Part shown: positions 1-11,050 of the stretch, in pieces
Layout: the number at the start of each line of letters is the position of its first letter
Numbering within the stretch: the first letter of the stretch is position 1
Source of the DNA: Camelus dromedarius
Taxonomy: Eukaryota
Direction: 5' to 3'
Assembly (NCBI RefSeq): GCF_036321535.1
Contig: NC_087453.1
Location: 868,001-932,000 of the forward strand
DNA length: 64,000 nt
The notes under the pieces: generated by a model
What the model saw: the letters and a program-made list of their open reading frames with translations, nothing else
Told to the model about the DNA's origin: nothing
The model's database searches: none
Translations under genes and position numbers: made by a program

Positions 1-3000
1 GCTGCCTCCAAGTCTGCATAATTTGTCCCCTAGACAGCCCCTGAACTCCCCACCCCCCACCGCCCAGACCGGATCCTTTACACCCTAGTGAGACCTGGGC
101 GGAGCTGGATGGAGACAGTGGTGCGTCCTCTGCTTGAAGGCGGCTGCAGAGGAGAGATCCTGGGGTGGCAGGGGAGGGCCCTGTCTAGCCCTGCTGACCG
201 GCCAAACCCCCTCCCCACCAACCCCGAACTTTTCCAGGAGAGGAGACCAGGACACGGTGAGTACGCTGGTGGGGGCTGTGCCCTGGCCGGTACCAACGGT
301 GATGGGGTCTCTTTTGAAGTCGGTGTGATGATGGGGTCTGTGTGAGTGCGCAGCTCAGAACTCTGCCATCACCCCGGGGTCCAGGCGCCGCGCATAGCCG
401 AGCCAGTGCCCTGGGGACCGAGCTGTCCACGCCGGTTTGTGCCGGTGCAGCTCTGCTACAATATCCAGCTTTATTAACCCAATTTCCTCGGCTGTCCTTA
501 ATGCTATGCTAATAGGGAGAAGACCGCGGCCCTACAAAGCGGCCTGTCTGCAGCAGTTAACTTTAATTAATACATTTCAAAAGCCCCTTTTGTATTTGCA
601 AAATGAAGTGTGTGATTAAGTCTCACTCATAAAGACATATGCTTAATACTGGTTTTTGCTAATTTCCATGTTTATTTCTTGTCCTTTTTTCCCCATAACA
701 GATTAGTTTATCAGTTTTGCACATTCAAAAAGTGAGTGCTGGAAACTATGTTTCGGTCTCTTTTAGATAGCTGTGTACCCGTGTCACCAACTTCTAGGGT
801 CATTTCAAAGTGATACCAGATCAGCTTTATAAATCACTTGCCATAATCTGAAACAGTTTCTTACTGGTGAAAATCATGCATGGTTAGTACGTCAATTATA
901 TTCAGAATAAAGTATTTGATTTCAGCTAATTTTTATAAATAATATGATAAAGTTTTACTATCAACTTAAATCATGTTCATTTGTGCCTTGAACTGATAAT
1001 TTCAATTTTCAAATAGTGTCAACTTGGGCCACATGCTTCTAAATCACAGAGTCTAAAAAAATTTCTAAGATGCAGGTAACTAATCTGTAAACAGCCACTC
1101 ATCAAATATACAAAATAGTAAGAAAAAGGTGAAGGAAAAAATCTCTTTGCCCCTTGTAGGTGAAAAGCAACAATTAAAACATTGTTTACTGCTCCATTTA
1201 AAGTAGTACTTTAAATACTCATAAATCTCCCTGGTAACTTTATTTAAGTAAAAGTTAAATTAAATTTAAGCACTTTTTTTTTTTAATTACAAAGCTGTTT
1301 ATCAGTTGTTCTCCAAAATGTCAGCGTGCTGGTCCCTGGTGTTGATTGGGGTCGTTTTTCAAAGTGAAATTAGGTGCGTTTCCCTACAGCAGCCGTTGAT
1401 CATACCATGCGGTCTGTCAGAATCAGTCATTTGGCCTCTCCCAAGCTTGGGCCGCAAACTCCTCATTCTCAGACAACCTGAACATTGGAGGAACTTTCCC
1501 AGCACAAAAGGTCTGATTCCCTGGGGCCCATGTGCCCCCAGTATAACCAAGATGTCTGTTGGCGCTGCCTGTTTGCAAGCAGGAGACTCTCTGGAAACTT
1601 CTGATGGGGGTCCTTGTGTCTTCCCTGAAAGGTTGCTCTGCTACAGGGGTGGCAGGAATTGCTGGGGATCAGCTTGAAAAAACCCATCACCCCGCACCTA
1701 ACCCAGAGCTCTCCTTTCTCCGGCACTGGGAGAAGAATGAAATAGGAAAGGGCTTTCCTTGTTGCTCAGACTGGACAGCCTTTTCAAGATCCCTCTCAGG
1801 CACGGAAGATGCACCTGCTGTGATGAGGTAGAGCACGTGGGCTCCACGCAGGACCAAGATATTAACACGAGCCCTGGAAACCGGGACTGCCCCCCAGACA
1901 GCGTGCAGGCCATGTGTGGAACTTTTACATGTTCTCATGGCCACGTACGGAAAGGAAATAGAAGCAGATCAATTTAGTGTTAACTAATTTATCCCAGTGT
2001 GGCCTTACCTATTATCATTTCAGCATGTGATCAATCTTTTAAAACTATTAGGGAAATAGTTTATATTCCCTTTTTTTCCAAATCTTCAGAATCAGTGTGT
2101 CTTGCACTCAGAGCCTGTCTCAGTTCAGAGCAGCCCTGTGCCAAGTGCCCGGTGGCCACGTGTGACTCGTGGCTGCCACAGTGGAGAAAACTGCTCTAGG
2201 TCATAGAGAAGCCGAGCGTTCGCCACGGGCCTTCACGCCAGGCAGGTAACCTCCACCGGTTCAGGGGATACATTTGCAGGCTAGACAAGACAGGAAGCAC
2301 GTGGCCCTAGTCATGCTCTCAGTCCGGGCTCACCAAGTCTAGCCGGGGCAGAGTGGGGGCCGAGAGGAGCCCCCGGGAGTTCTCCACCTGGAGTGGAGGC
2401 TGTGTGTCCCCCCAGTCGCTGGTCCCAGTGCGTCAGCCTGGCTCGGGCCAACCACACCCACACCTGGGAGCCAGCCTCGTGGCAGCATAGCGACAGTGGG
2501 GTCCTCCCCACTGCGGCCGAGGGGTTTGTCTTGAGCCAACAGAGCCTCTTCCTCTGTTGACCCCACAGATGAAGGGCTCGGCCACACTGGCTGCTGCCCC
2601 AACAGCTTGCAGACCAGGACTCCTGCCAACTCAGGTTAGGAGCCTGTGAAGCCCGGCTTGTGGGGGCTTGGGCAGGCTCCATAGGGATCCCTGGCCAGGG
2701 TCAGAAGAGGCAAGTTGCTCAGCCAGGGTCCTGCACCCCATCTTCGTCACTGACCTGCGTGACCGGCACGGCCCCAGCGCTCTCGGTTCTGAAGGTGCCT
2801 GAAATCTTGACGCCGACAGGTCTTCGTTTTCCCTGTTTGGAAATTCATGCACCTAAAACAGCATCCTGTTTTCAGTAGTAGGTGGTGGCACCCAAGCCGC
2901 CAGGACAGAGCCCTTCCCAGACCCAGATCTGCCCTCAAGGACCGGGAGCACGGACCACGCAGAGGCCATCCGCCCACGTGCCGGGCACGTGGCTTCCACT

Positions 3001-6000
3001 GTTTCGTTCTGTTTATTTCATCCCCAAAGATGGGATTTCTTTTTCACTTATGCAGATGCCACAGAAGGCTCGGGGAGCCTGGTTTTACCTGTGAGTGTCC
3101 CGCTGCAGACACTGGCTTTGCCAAACACGTCTGTCTGTCTCCTTGCAGGTTGGAAACGTTAAAAGAAGAGATACCTCCTCAAAAAGGAGAGGTACCGTTT
3201 TCCTAAAACGGGAAATGCAGAACCATCGCTCCGACCGGCGCAGCTGGCCGTGCCTCTCCCCCGGCCGCCAGGCAGGACTCCTCCTGCAGCCTCAGGGCCG
3301 AGGCTCCTGAGCCCTGGTTAATCCCGCGGAGAGTGATTACAGCCATTTTATCATGTGAATTTGCTTGTGATATGTTTTTAGTCTTTAATCGCTTTTGGCA
3401 TCCCATTTGAAGGGATGGAAATAGAGGGATTTACAATGTATTAAATTATTCCTCCAACAATTACCTCTTTGGGCTCATAACTCTGGACGTCGTGTTCCAA
3501 CTCCCCATCTGCAGTCTGGCCCATGAAATCAGGAAGTTCGGACACATTTGCAAATTTAACCCCAGAGGAGCCAAGCCCACATTACCATAAGTGCAGAAAG
3601 GCTGAACTACTTAGCCAAGTTACCTTTGATCGAGTATTTTCTCTGTTTTGAAAAGTGATCTATGCTGTTTTCTTCCCAATCTCAAGTGCCCGAGGCATGA
3701 TTATTCATATAACAGCTTAAAAGCTGCTTTTAAGTGTGGCTGTCCGAGTGGGAAGACAGCCAGAATTATCTGAGAGGTCACCGTGGAGGGGCTGGGCCCA
3801 TAAGATGCAGGCGTCTCTGAATAAACTGGCATTCCTGCTCTGTGGCCCACCTTGCAGACCTGTGGCTATGGCCTGCCCTGACCCCAGGGCCTCCTCTGCG
3901 TCTCCTGGGGGCACAACTCTCAGACACAGTGCAGAGCCACACATGGGCCTGGCCAGTGGCCTCTGTCCCCCACGACACTCGCGGGCATGGGGCGTCGGCC
4001 CCACCTGGTGCAGCCGGCTCGCATGCATGGTGGTGCCCCGGGAGGGGAGCCCGGCCCCGGCTCAGGGGACTCTCGGGCGCAGCTGCCTGGGCGTCGGAAA
4101 CAGCCCAGCCTGCCCTGCCGGCCTCGCTCCGCCTCTGAGTCACGTTTTGTCTACAGCGATGAGCCCACAGTCAGTTGCTGTCCTGGGGGCCCTGATTCGG
4201 CCTGACGGGAGCCCAGTCTCCCCAGTTCCACGTGGGCGGCTCTTGCTGCCCTAATGAGGCCACAGCCAGCCTGGGAACCTGGCTTCAAACCCTGAGACAC
4301 AAGCAGGACCCGCGAGGCTCTCTGACGGCCACGAAGCATCTGACAGGATGCGTTTTTGTCGCCTTTGTCACTCGGGGCCCGGCTGGCTCGCAGCCCAGAG
4401 CTGTGTCCTGGCCCTCTCAGCGCTTCCCTGCGTTTGACCACAGACGGCACCAGCATTACCAGGTCCCTGGGACAAGCGACCTCTGCACCTTGTGCGCACA
4501 GACAGAGCGGTGGGCACCGGGGCCAAGAGCGAGGGCGGGTCCTAGCCCACATCTGCCTGGGGGTCTGACGGGAACCAGTTGCCCAGAGAGGGGCTCACGT
4601 GACCCCAACCCACGTTGTCACCCTGCAGGCAGGAGCCAGGTCCCCTCCGCCAAGGTCACGCCAGGTCCCAGGATGGCTTGTGCAGAGCAGCCTGGATACC
4701 GTCCACTGACCGCAAGCTGGTGAAGGGCCAGCTCATCGCTCAGGAGTGGACCCACCCACGGGTTCTAGTAACGGGGATGCAGAAACTCCACTGGCTGTGA
4801 GTCACCGGTGCCAGTGGGCCCGTGGCACCCAGACTGCAAAGGGAGGAGACTGGTCTCACAACCCTTCCTCCCCCTAGCCCATCACTGACCAGCCCGGCTG
4901 CCGAGTGTCCTCGCTGACTCTCAACGCGCTGAGGATTCTAGGAAGGCAGTACCTTCCTTTCAAACATCACAGGCAAATGGGAAGTTGTTTATTTTATATT
5001 CAGGAGTCTGGGTTCCCAAAAGAAATGTAGAACCTTTACCTTCTGCTGCTACTTGAAAGTAACTGCTCTCCTCTCCCCTGGAATCATTCCTCGGGCTGTG
5101 GGGTCCTTGGTGACGCTCAGAACCAGCTGGTTCCTCCAGAGCGTTGTGTCAGCGCCTCCTCTACCTGAGGGACCTGCCGGAGGGGTGAAAAGCGCTGTCC
5201 CGAGGGGGGGACAGACGACGCCCCCAGCCCAGCCCCGCCCCGCACCTCTGCCGCTCTCTCTCCTGCAGCCCTCTTCCCCTAACCGTCACACGTGTTCCTT
5301 AAAATATCACAAATCTGGGGTATCAAGACCCTGGTCACTGCCCCTAGTGCCGTGCTGGTTGCATGTGGCTCAGGGAAGGCCTGGCTGGTCTGGGAAGGCC
5401 GATCCAGGAGGACAGCTGACCGGCCGCCTTCGGCACAGCCTGGAGGCAGGTGGACGCCAGGCAAGCGCGCTCTCTGCCGGAGTCACCTGAACTCACATGC
5501 GTGTGAGCGTGTGTGAGCACGTGTGTGCCTATACATGCGTGTCACGCTGTAAACAGGTTCACCCCCTGCCGAGGCCATGTCGGGCCTGCTGCAGGTAGGG
5601 GTGGGGCTCCTTGCTGTGCGCAGCTGTTCTGGAAGGTGGGTGAGATGGCTCTATGCGGGCAGCGGGCAGAACCCGAGAGGGGTGGTGTTCACGCGGTCTC
5701 AGAGGATGTCCTCACGCTGAGAGCTCCAGGGAGCCTGCACTGCTGAGTGTGGCCACAGTCAGGAGTGACTCTGCAGAGAGGGCACCACGGGGGGGGCGGG
5801 GCGGCACTCCCCGCGCTGTAGGCACTTCCTAGGTCGCGCAGCCTGGTTGTCCCCAGCGCCGGCCCCTCCCCACTCAGCCCGCAGCCCATCCTGATTTACC
5901 AGAGGCAGAGGGGAGGGCCCCCCTGGGAGAGTCGCCCCAGGAGTGGCAGGAGCTGGCCGCAGAGGGAGGGCAGCCAGCGGCTGCTAATTGAAGACGTAGG

Positions 6001-6744
6001 AACGAGAAGTGGGCAGGGACCAGCACCTCCTGATGAGTGTGTTGTCAGGGTGGCCTCGCTCTAATTTTCTGCTTAATAGGGCTGGTTTAAAAAGCGACTT
6101 GGTGGGGCCGCGCATCCCCGGAACCTGTTCGTTATCATGACGGCCTCTCTCCGCTGCAGGGGCCGTGTGATTAATTACCACGGCGTCGGGAAGTGGCTGT
6201 GCTGACAGACGAGGGACACAGACGAACTTTCAAGGATACCGACTTCACTAAGCAGCCTCATTACAGCCCGCGGAGCCGCTAAACACATCGTTTAAAAGGA
6301 ATTGCTCAGCTTCCAACTGCTCCCCCTTCTTGTCGCCCACCGCGAAGGTGAACCAACAATGTTTCCAAAATAATTACTAATGAACAACCAGGCCAGGGGC
6401 CCCAGCAGGGCCAGGATGGCAGAGCCGGCTCCCCCGGTCCCCCTCCGCCCAGGGACCCTGGTGATGCAGCCGCGGGCACCGAGCTGCCCCAAGGACTGAG
6501 CCGGCGGTCCCAGCACGGGCTTAGGGACGGTGCCTCATCAGCGCCAGCTATGCTTGGGGCCAGGCGAGGTCAGCGGCTGCACGGCTCCGTGTCCGGGACC
6601 ACAAGCTCGGTGGCACTTTGCCCTGCATCCCAGGCCCCCTGGGGCCGCCTGACAAGCCTGCAGGTGGAGCAGCCGCGGGGCAGCCGACCAGAGGGGCCGT
6701 CCGTTCATTCTTCCCAGAGCCACTGCTTCCTCTTTGTTTTCTCT

Positions 6745-6880
6745 GTGCGGAAACATGCTTCACATAAAATTTGCCATTTTAACCGTTTTTAACTGTACAG
6801 TTCAGGGGCGTTAAACACATTCACAGTGTCTTGCAACCATCCCCACCTTCTACTTCCAGAACTTTGTTATCACCTGTAAT
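6745..6880 (-). mobile_element. Old L1 (L1MB-like) 3' fragment
   Basis: acataaaatttgccattttaaccgtttttaactgtacagttcagggg...cattcacagtgtcttgcaaccatc. Confidence 0.7.
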
Positions 6881-8812
6881 TGGACTTTTTTCAAGTCAGG
6901 CTTATTGATGGGTAATTTACACAGAAAAACACACACACACACACCCCCCACATGCAGTTCCTTGAACGCTGGTAAGCGCCTGCAGCGCAAGCCCCTGGCA
7001 GTCGGGACGCGGAATCTCCTTCGTGCAAGAAGCCCTCGGGTGCTCGCCTGACCCTGGAGCTGCTGCCTGCTCTCCGGCCTGTAGTTTTGCCTTTTCGGGG
7101 ATGTCTTCTAAATGGGTGCACAGGGCGTGGAGGTCTGGGGCCTGGCCTCTCTCATCAGCCTAGTGAGCTCACCAGGGTTCCTGCTCTGCCTCGATCGTGC
7201 CATCTGCGAGACGGGGTAGTGAGCTCAGGAGCACAGGAGACTTGGGGGCGCTGTGTGAGGTCCCCTGAACCTCAGCACTGTGCCTGCCCCCACAGACTGT
7301 GTGTTGCTGTCACCATTGTCCCCTGTGCCCACCATGGGGGCACACAATCTCTGAACGTTGTCACGCCCTTTAAGCACTGATTAAATGCTCAAGCACCTTG
7401 ATTTTTGCACCAGTGGTCCTGCGTGAACTGCTGTGGCTTCGGGGGATGAAACAAGTGGTCCAACCTTGCTCTTTCTGGGAATAGCCCATTGGTGTCGAGA
7501 TTTCCAAAGAAGGCTCCTGGCTGCAATTCCGGGCAGCCCACAACGCTGAGGATGCCGATTGCTCCGTGACTGTCCCCCTCATTTCTTCCTCTTTCCACAA
7601 ACACATCCTCTCAATTAAAGCCGCAGCACCGCACCCCCGCCGTCCACAGCGGTTTCCCCGACAGGAAGGGCTGTGAGAGTTTGGACGAGGAGGCACTGAG
7701 GCACCCGGGACAGCACGGGTGTGCAGCGGGCGCCCTGTAAGCACTGATTAAATGAAGGTGACAGCCGTGGTCGGGGCGGGGCCGCGGCAGGGCCTGGCGG
7801 GCAGGTGCCGCGTGATATCACTTTCCCATAAGCGCAGCGCCCGGGGCTGCCGCTGAGCCGCCTGTCAGTTACTGTTAACCTGGAGATGCCCAGCCCCTCC
7901 CTGGGAACCAGGGGATGGGAACCAGCCAAGGGAAACCGTGGAGCGCCTAGGGAAACAGGAGGCGCTTCTACAAATGAGAAGGGTCCCAGAGTGGTGGGTG
8001 CAGTCGGTTCATCGCTGGGAGATGCACTGGGGCCGGGACGGGGCGTTGTCGCTGCAAAATCAGGACACGGTAGACAGTTTTCTACTCGTCTCATCTCAGC
8101 TTTTGCCTCCTGTCATACTTTTTTGACAGAGAAAAATCTGGAGACGTCTTCAGTAAGCGAAGTGAGCTGTAAGGGCTGTGGCCAGGGTGAATCGCTGACG
8201 GCACGGTGAACCACGGCCGCGTGTGACCCCGACCTCCGTGCGCCCAGGCCCCAGACATCAGCGGGAAGCTGACCTCATAAACGGGAGGCATCCGTAATCC
8301 CCACGTGGCAGCTCAGTTACCCGTCCGCGGCGAGGGGACGACGTTATAGATGGGGCAGTGATTAAATTTCCTCCTGTAACGACCCTAAGTAAATCTTTGC
8401 AATTTTCATTTTGTGGAGATTTACGACAGACCAGGGCCCTGTTGTTGGCTCCCATTTTAATCCAAAATCACTCATTAAATGAGACCGGCAGACGTAAGAT
8501 TTTGCCCCAGATAACTGCCCGGCATGGACTTACACTGAAAATGTGTTTGTTGGTGATCTGAAATCCAGATTTCAGTGGGCGTCCTGGACTGACACTTGCT
8601 GCTCTGGCCACTTTCCCAGCTCCTGTACACTTAGCCCTGAGCCTCCCCAAAGCACTGACCAGGTTCACTCAGACGGCTGCAGACCCCGCCAGACAGCCCT
8701 TCCTCCGAAGACTCAGTGGGTTTTCTGGGACAAGGTGGGTGGACTACAAATGTGCAGTCCCAGTGCAAAATGGAAATACGGGGCCCTAGTTCCAAAATGA
8801 TTATGAATTACA

Positions 8813-8897
8813 GGGGAAGGGTACAGCTCAGTGGTCGAGCGTGTGCTTAGCATGCACGAGGTCCTGGGTTCCCAGTACCTCTGTTAAAAAAAAAAAA
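8813..8897 (+). mobile_element. tRNA-Ala(AGC)-derived SINE (camelid Vic-1-like)
   Basis: ggggaagggtacagctcagtggtcgagcgtgtgcttagcatgcacgaggtcctgggtt-cccagtacctc followed by an A12 tail; B box internally deleted. Confidence 0.85.
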
Positions 8898-9048
8898 TCC
8901 AGAAATCCAGTGAGTAGAGCTGGCTGGGGACATGGGGCAAGGGGAGAAGCCCCGGGGCAGAGACTGAGGGCTGGGGGCCGGGGGGTTCTCTCCACCACGA
9001 CCTTAACATTTTCTTCTCACCTGGAGATCAGCCTGGGTCCTCACTGGG

Positions 9049-9529
9049 TGCATTCGGTATCTGTTGCTGCATAACAAATTAGCCCAAACTTCACAGCCTA
9101 AAACCACAACACACATTCGTTCTCGCACAGTTTGTGAGAACCAGGAATTCAAGCATGGCCTGGCCAGGTGGTTCTCACTCAGGGTGTCTGATGAGGGGCA
9201 GTCCAGGTGTCAGTGGCGGCTCTGGTCATCTGAAGGCTGGACTGGGGCTGGAGGGTCCCCTTCCAAGTTGCTGGCTCACAAGGCCCTTGGTTGGAACCCT
9301 CAGCTCCTCGCCCCTTGGACCGCCCACAGGGCTGCCCGAGCGTGCGGCGTGGTCCCCGGGACCGCGATGACTTATAACCTCGTCTTAGCAATCACCACTG
9401 TCCCTTCTGCCACGCTTTGTCATGAAAAGCACGTCATTAAGTCCAGCCCACACTCAGGAAGAGGGGATGAAACCTCCTCTTGAGGAGAGGATTGTCAAAG
9501 AAGTGGAGATGTATTTTAAAACCACCACA
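9049..9529 (-). mobile_element. MaLR LTR (MLT1F/G/H-like)
   Basis: Diagnostic tgttgctgcataacaaattagcccaaac...tttgtgagaaccaggaattc...aagtccagcccacactcaggaagagggg...aaaccaccaca. Confidence 0.75.
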
Positions 9530-11050
9530 TTAGCACAGTTCACTTGGGACTGAAAGAAAATGTTCCCACAAACAATCACAGGGCCTGAATTCAGCCTTTA
9601 GAAGCTCACTTCTTTGAGTTAAGCGTCGAGTCTCCAGGTCCTGTAGTTGGATGTGAGTGTCTCAACAAGGGGTCCCACATGAGGACCCTCTTTCCTCAGT
9701 TCCTCTCAGGGACAAACTGCTATCCTCTTCCTGGGGGTCTTGGCTGACCATCCTCTGGGTCACCTCTGTTGTCCCCCAGCCCCGTATTTGGTCCCTGGGT
9801 CGTTCTCAGAAACAAGAGGCAGACATGGTTGCACTTTTCAGCTTCGGCAGGACATCTTGCCTTGGACCCCAACAGGGTCCCCAGGCATCTTCCCTGAGTC
9901 CCCCGCCCCCGCCCCCCAGTGCCCTGCCCGAACGCTCAGGAGGGAGACGTGCAGATACACCGGCTCCATCGATCTCCCGATACTGTCTTTTACTGGCAGG
10001 AATAAATGCCTGTGCTAACTAGCAGAATGAGTTTAACTGCAGTAATGACTTTGTATCACAGGAGGGGCCACCCTGGGTCTGATATAAAAACCGCATTAAT
10101 AAAATTTCCTCTGTTGTATTTTCATTAAGTTTCCATTGTCCGTTTCAGTGAAGCAGCGGCTATGCTAGAACATTCTGGAAGGAGTGCCGGGGCCTCACAC
10201 CTATGTTCTGCTGGGACGCAGAAGGGGTCCCAGGACGAGCACACGCCTGCCTGCAGGCTCTCCCCCCCGCGACGCTCTGGGAGGGCTGCAAACAGCCGGC
10301 GGGGCTGAACCGCCATTTCACCAAGGCCTGGACCCTCTGCTGGCCGCCCAGAGCCCCAGCATCCTGCTCTGTGAAATGGGGGTAAGAGATGTACCCCTGC
10401 GGCTCCTGGGCCGAGCAGACAGGACTGCAGACACCCAGGTGGGCGTCACCCTCTTACAACCGGCCCACCCGGGTCCCCTGAAACCAGCCCATGCACAACC
10501 TTCGGAACAGTAGCGCTGTTCTCCAGGACATGACCCATTTTCTCCCTGAAAGGGATTCACTGGGACCCTCACCTGGTGGCCAGACCCCAGGCGATGACTG
10601 TGCCGTCTGACTCCATGCCACAGCGGGGAGGCCACATGGTGGCCAAACTTCTCAGATGCCGGGCAAGGAAGCTGAACCAGGACACGCTGGCCCGAACCAG
10701 AACCCACCCTCCAAGAGGCCTGGGCCCAGCCCCTGACCCTCCTGACCTGGAGGTGACCTGGAGGTGAACAGGTGAGGGATGGGGACCAACAATTGTCACC
10801 AGGTCAGAGCCAGCACATCAGTGGTGCAAACGAGACCAGGATGGACAAGTCGCACCTGGGAGAGCAGGGTCTGCTCCCCTATATACCCCATCAGTGGAGC
10901 CAACTGCCCCAACTGTCCCAGACTCACTCGACCAGTCCTTCCAGAAACGGACATGCAACTCTAGGAGCGCAGTGCTGGAAACCAAGTGCCAGATTGAAGA
11001 AAAACAACCAGGATCAGGCCTTCTGCTGATTCAACGTGCTCTCAGCTACA

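Noticed and set aside
1-436. BHLHE23 coding sequence
   Set aside because: No bHLH-like translation in any frame. Only synteny suggests the gene is near, so it was not annotated.
3091-3191. Spliced + strand exon (donor 3091, acceptor 3148, donor 3192)
   Set aside because: The implied 58-nt intron is too short for mammals and no further linked exons can be supported.
8813-8897. Intact tRNA-Ala(AGC) gene
   Set aside because: The B box/T arm is deleted, the acceptor stem does not pair, and an A tail follows. It is a SINE.
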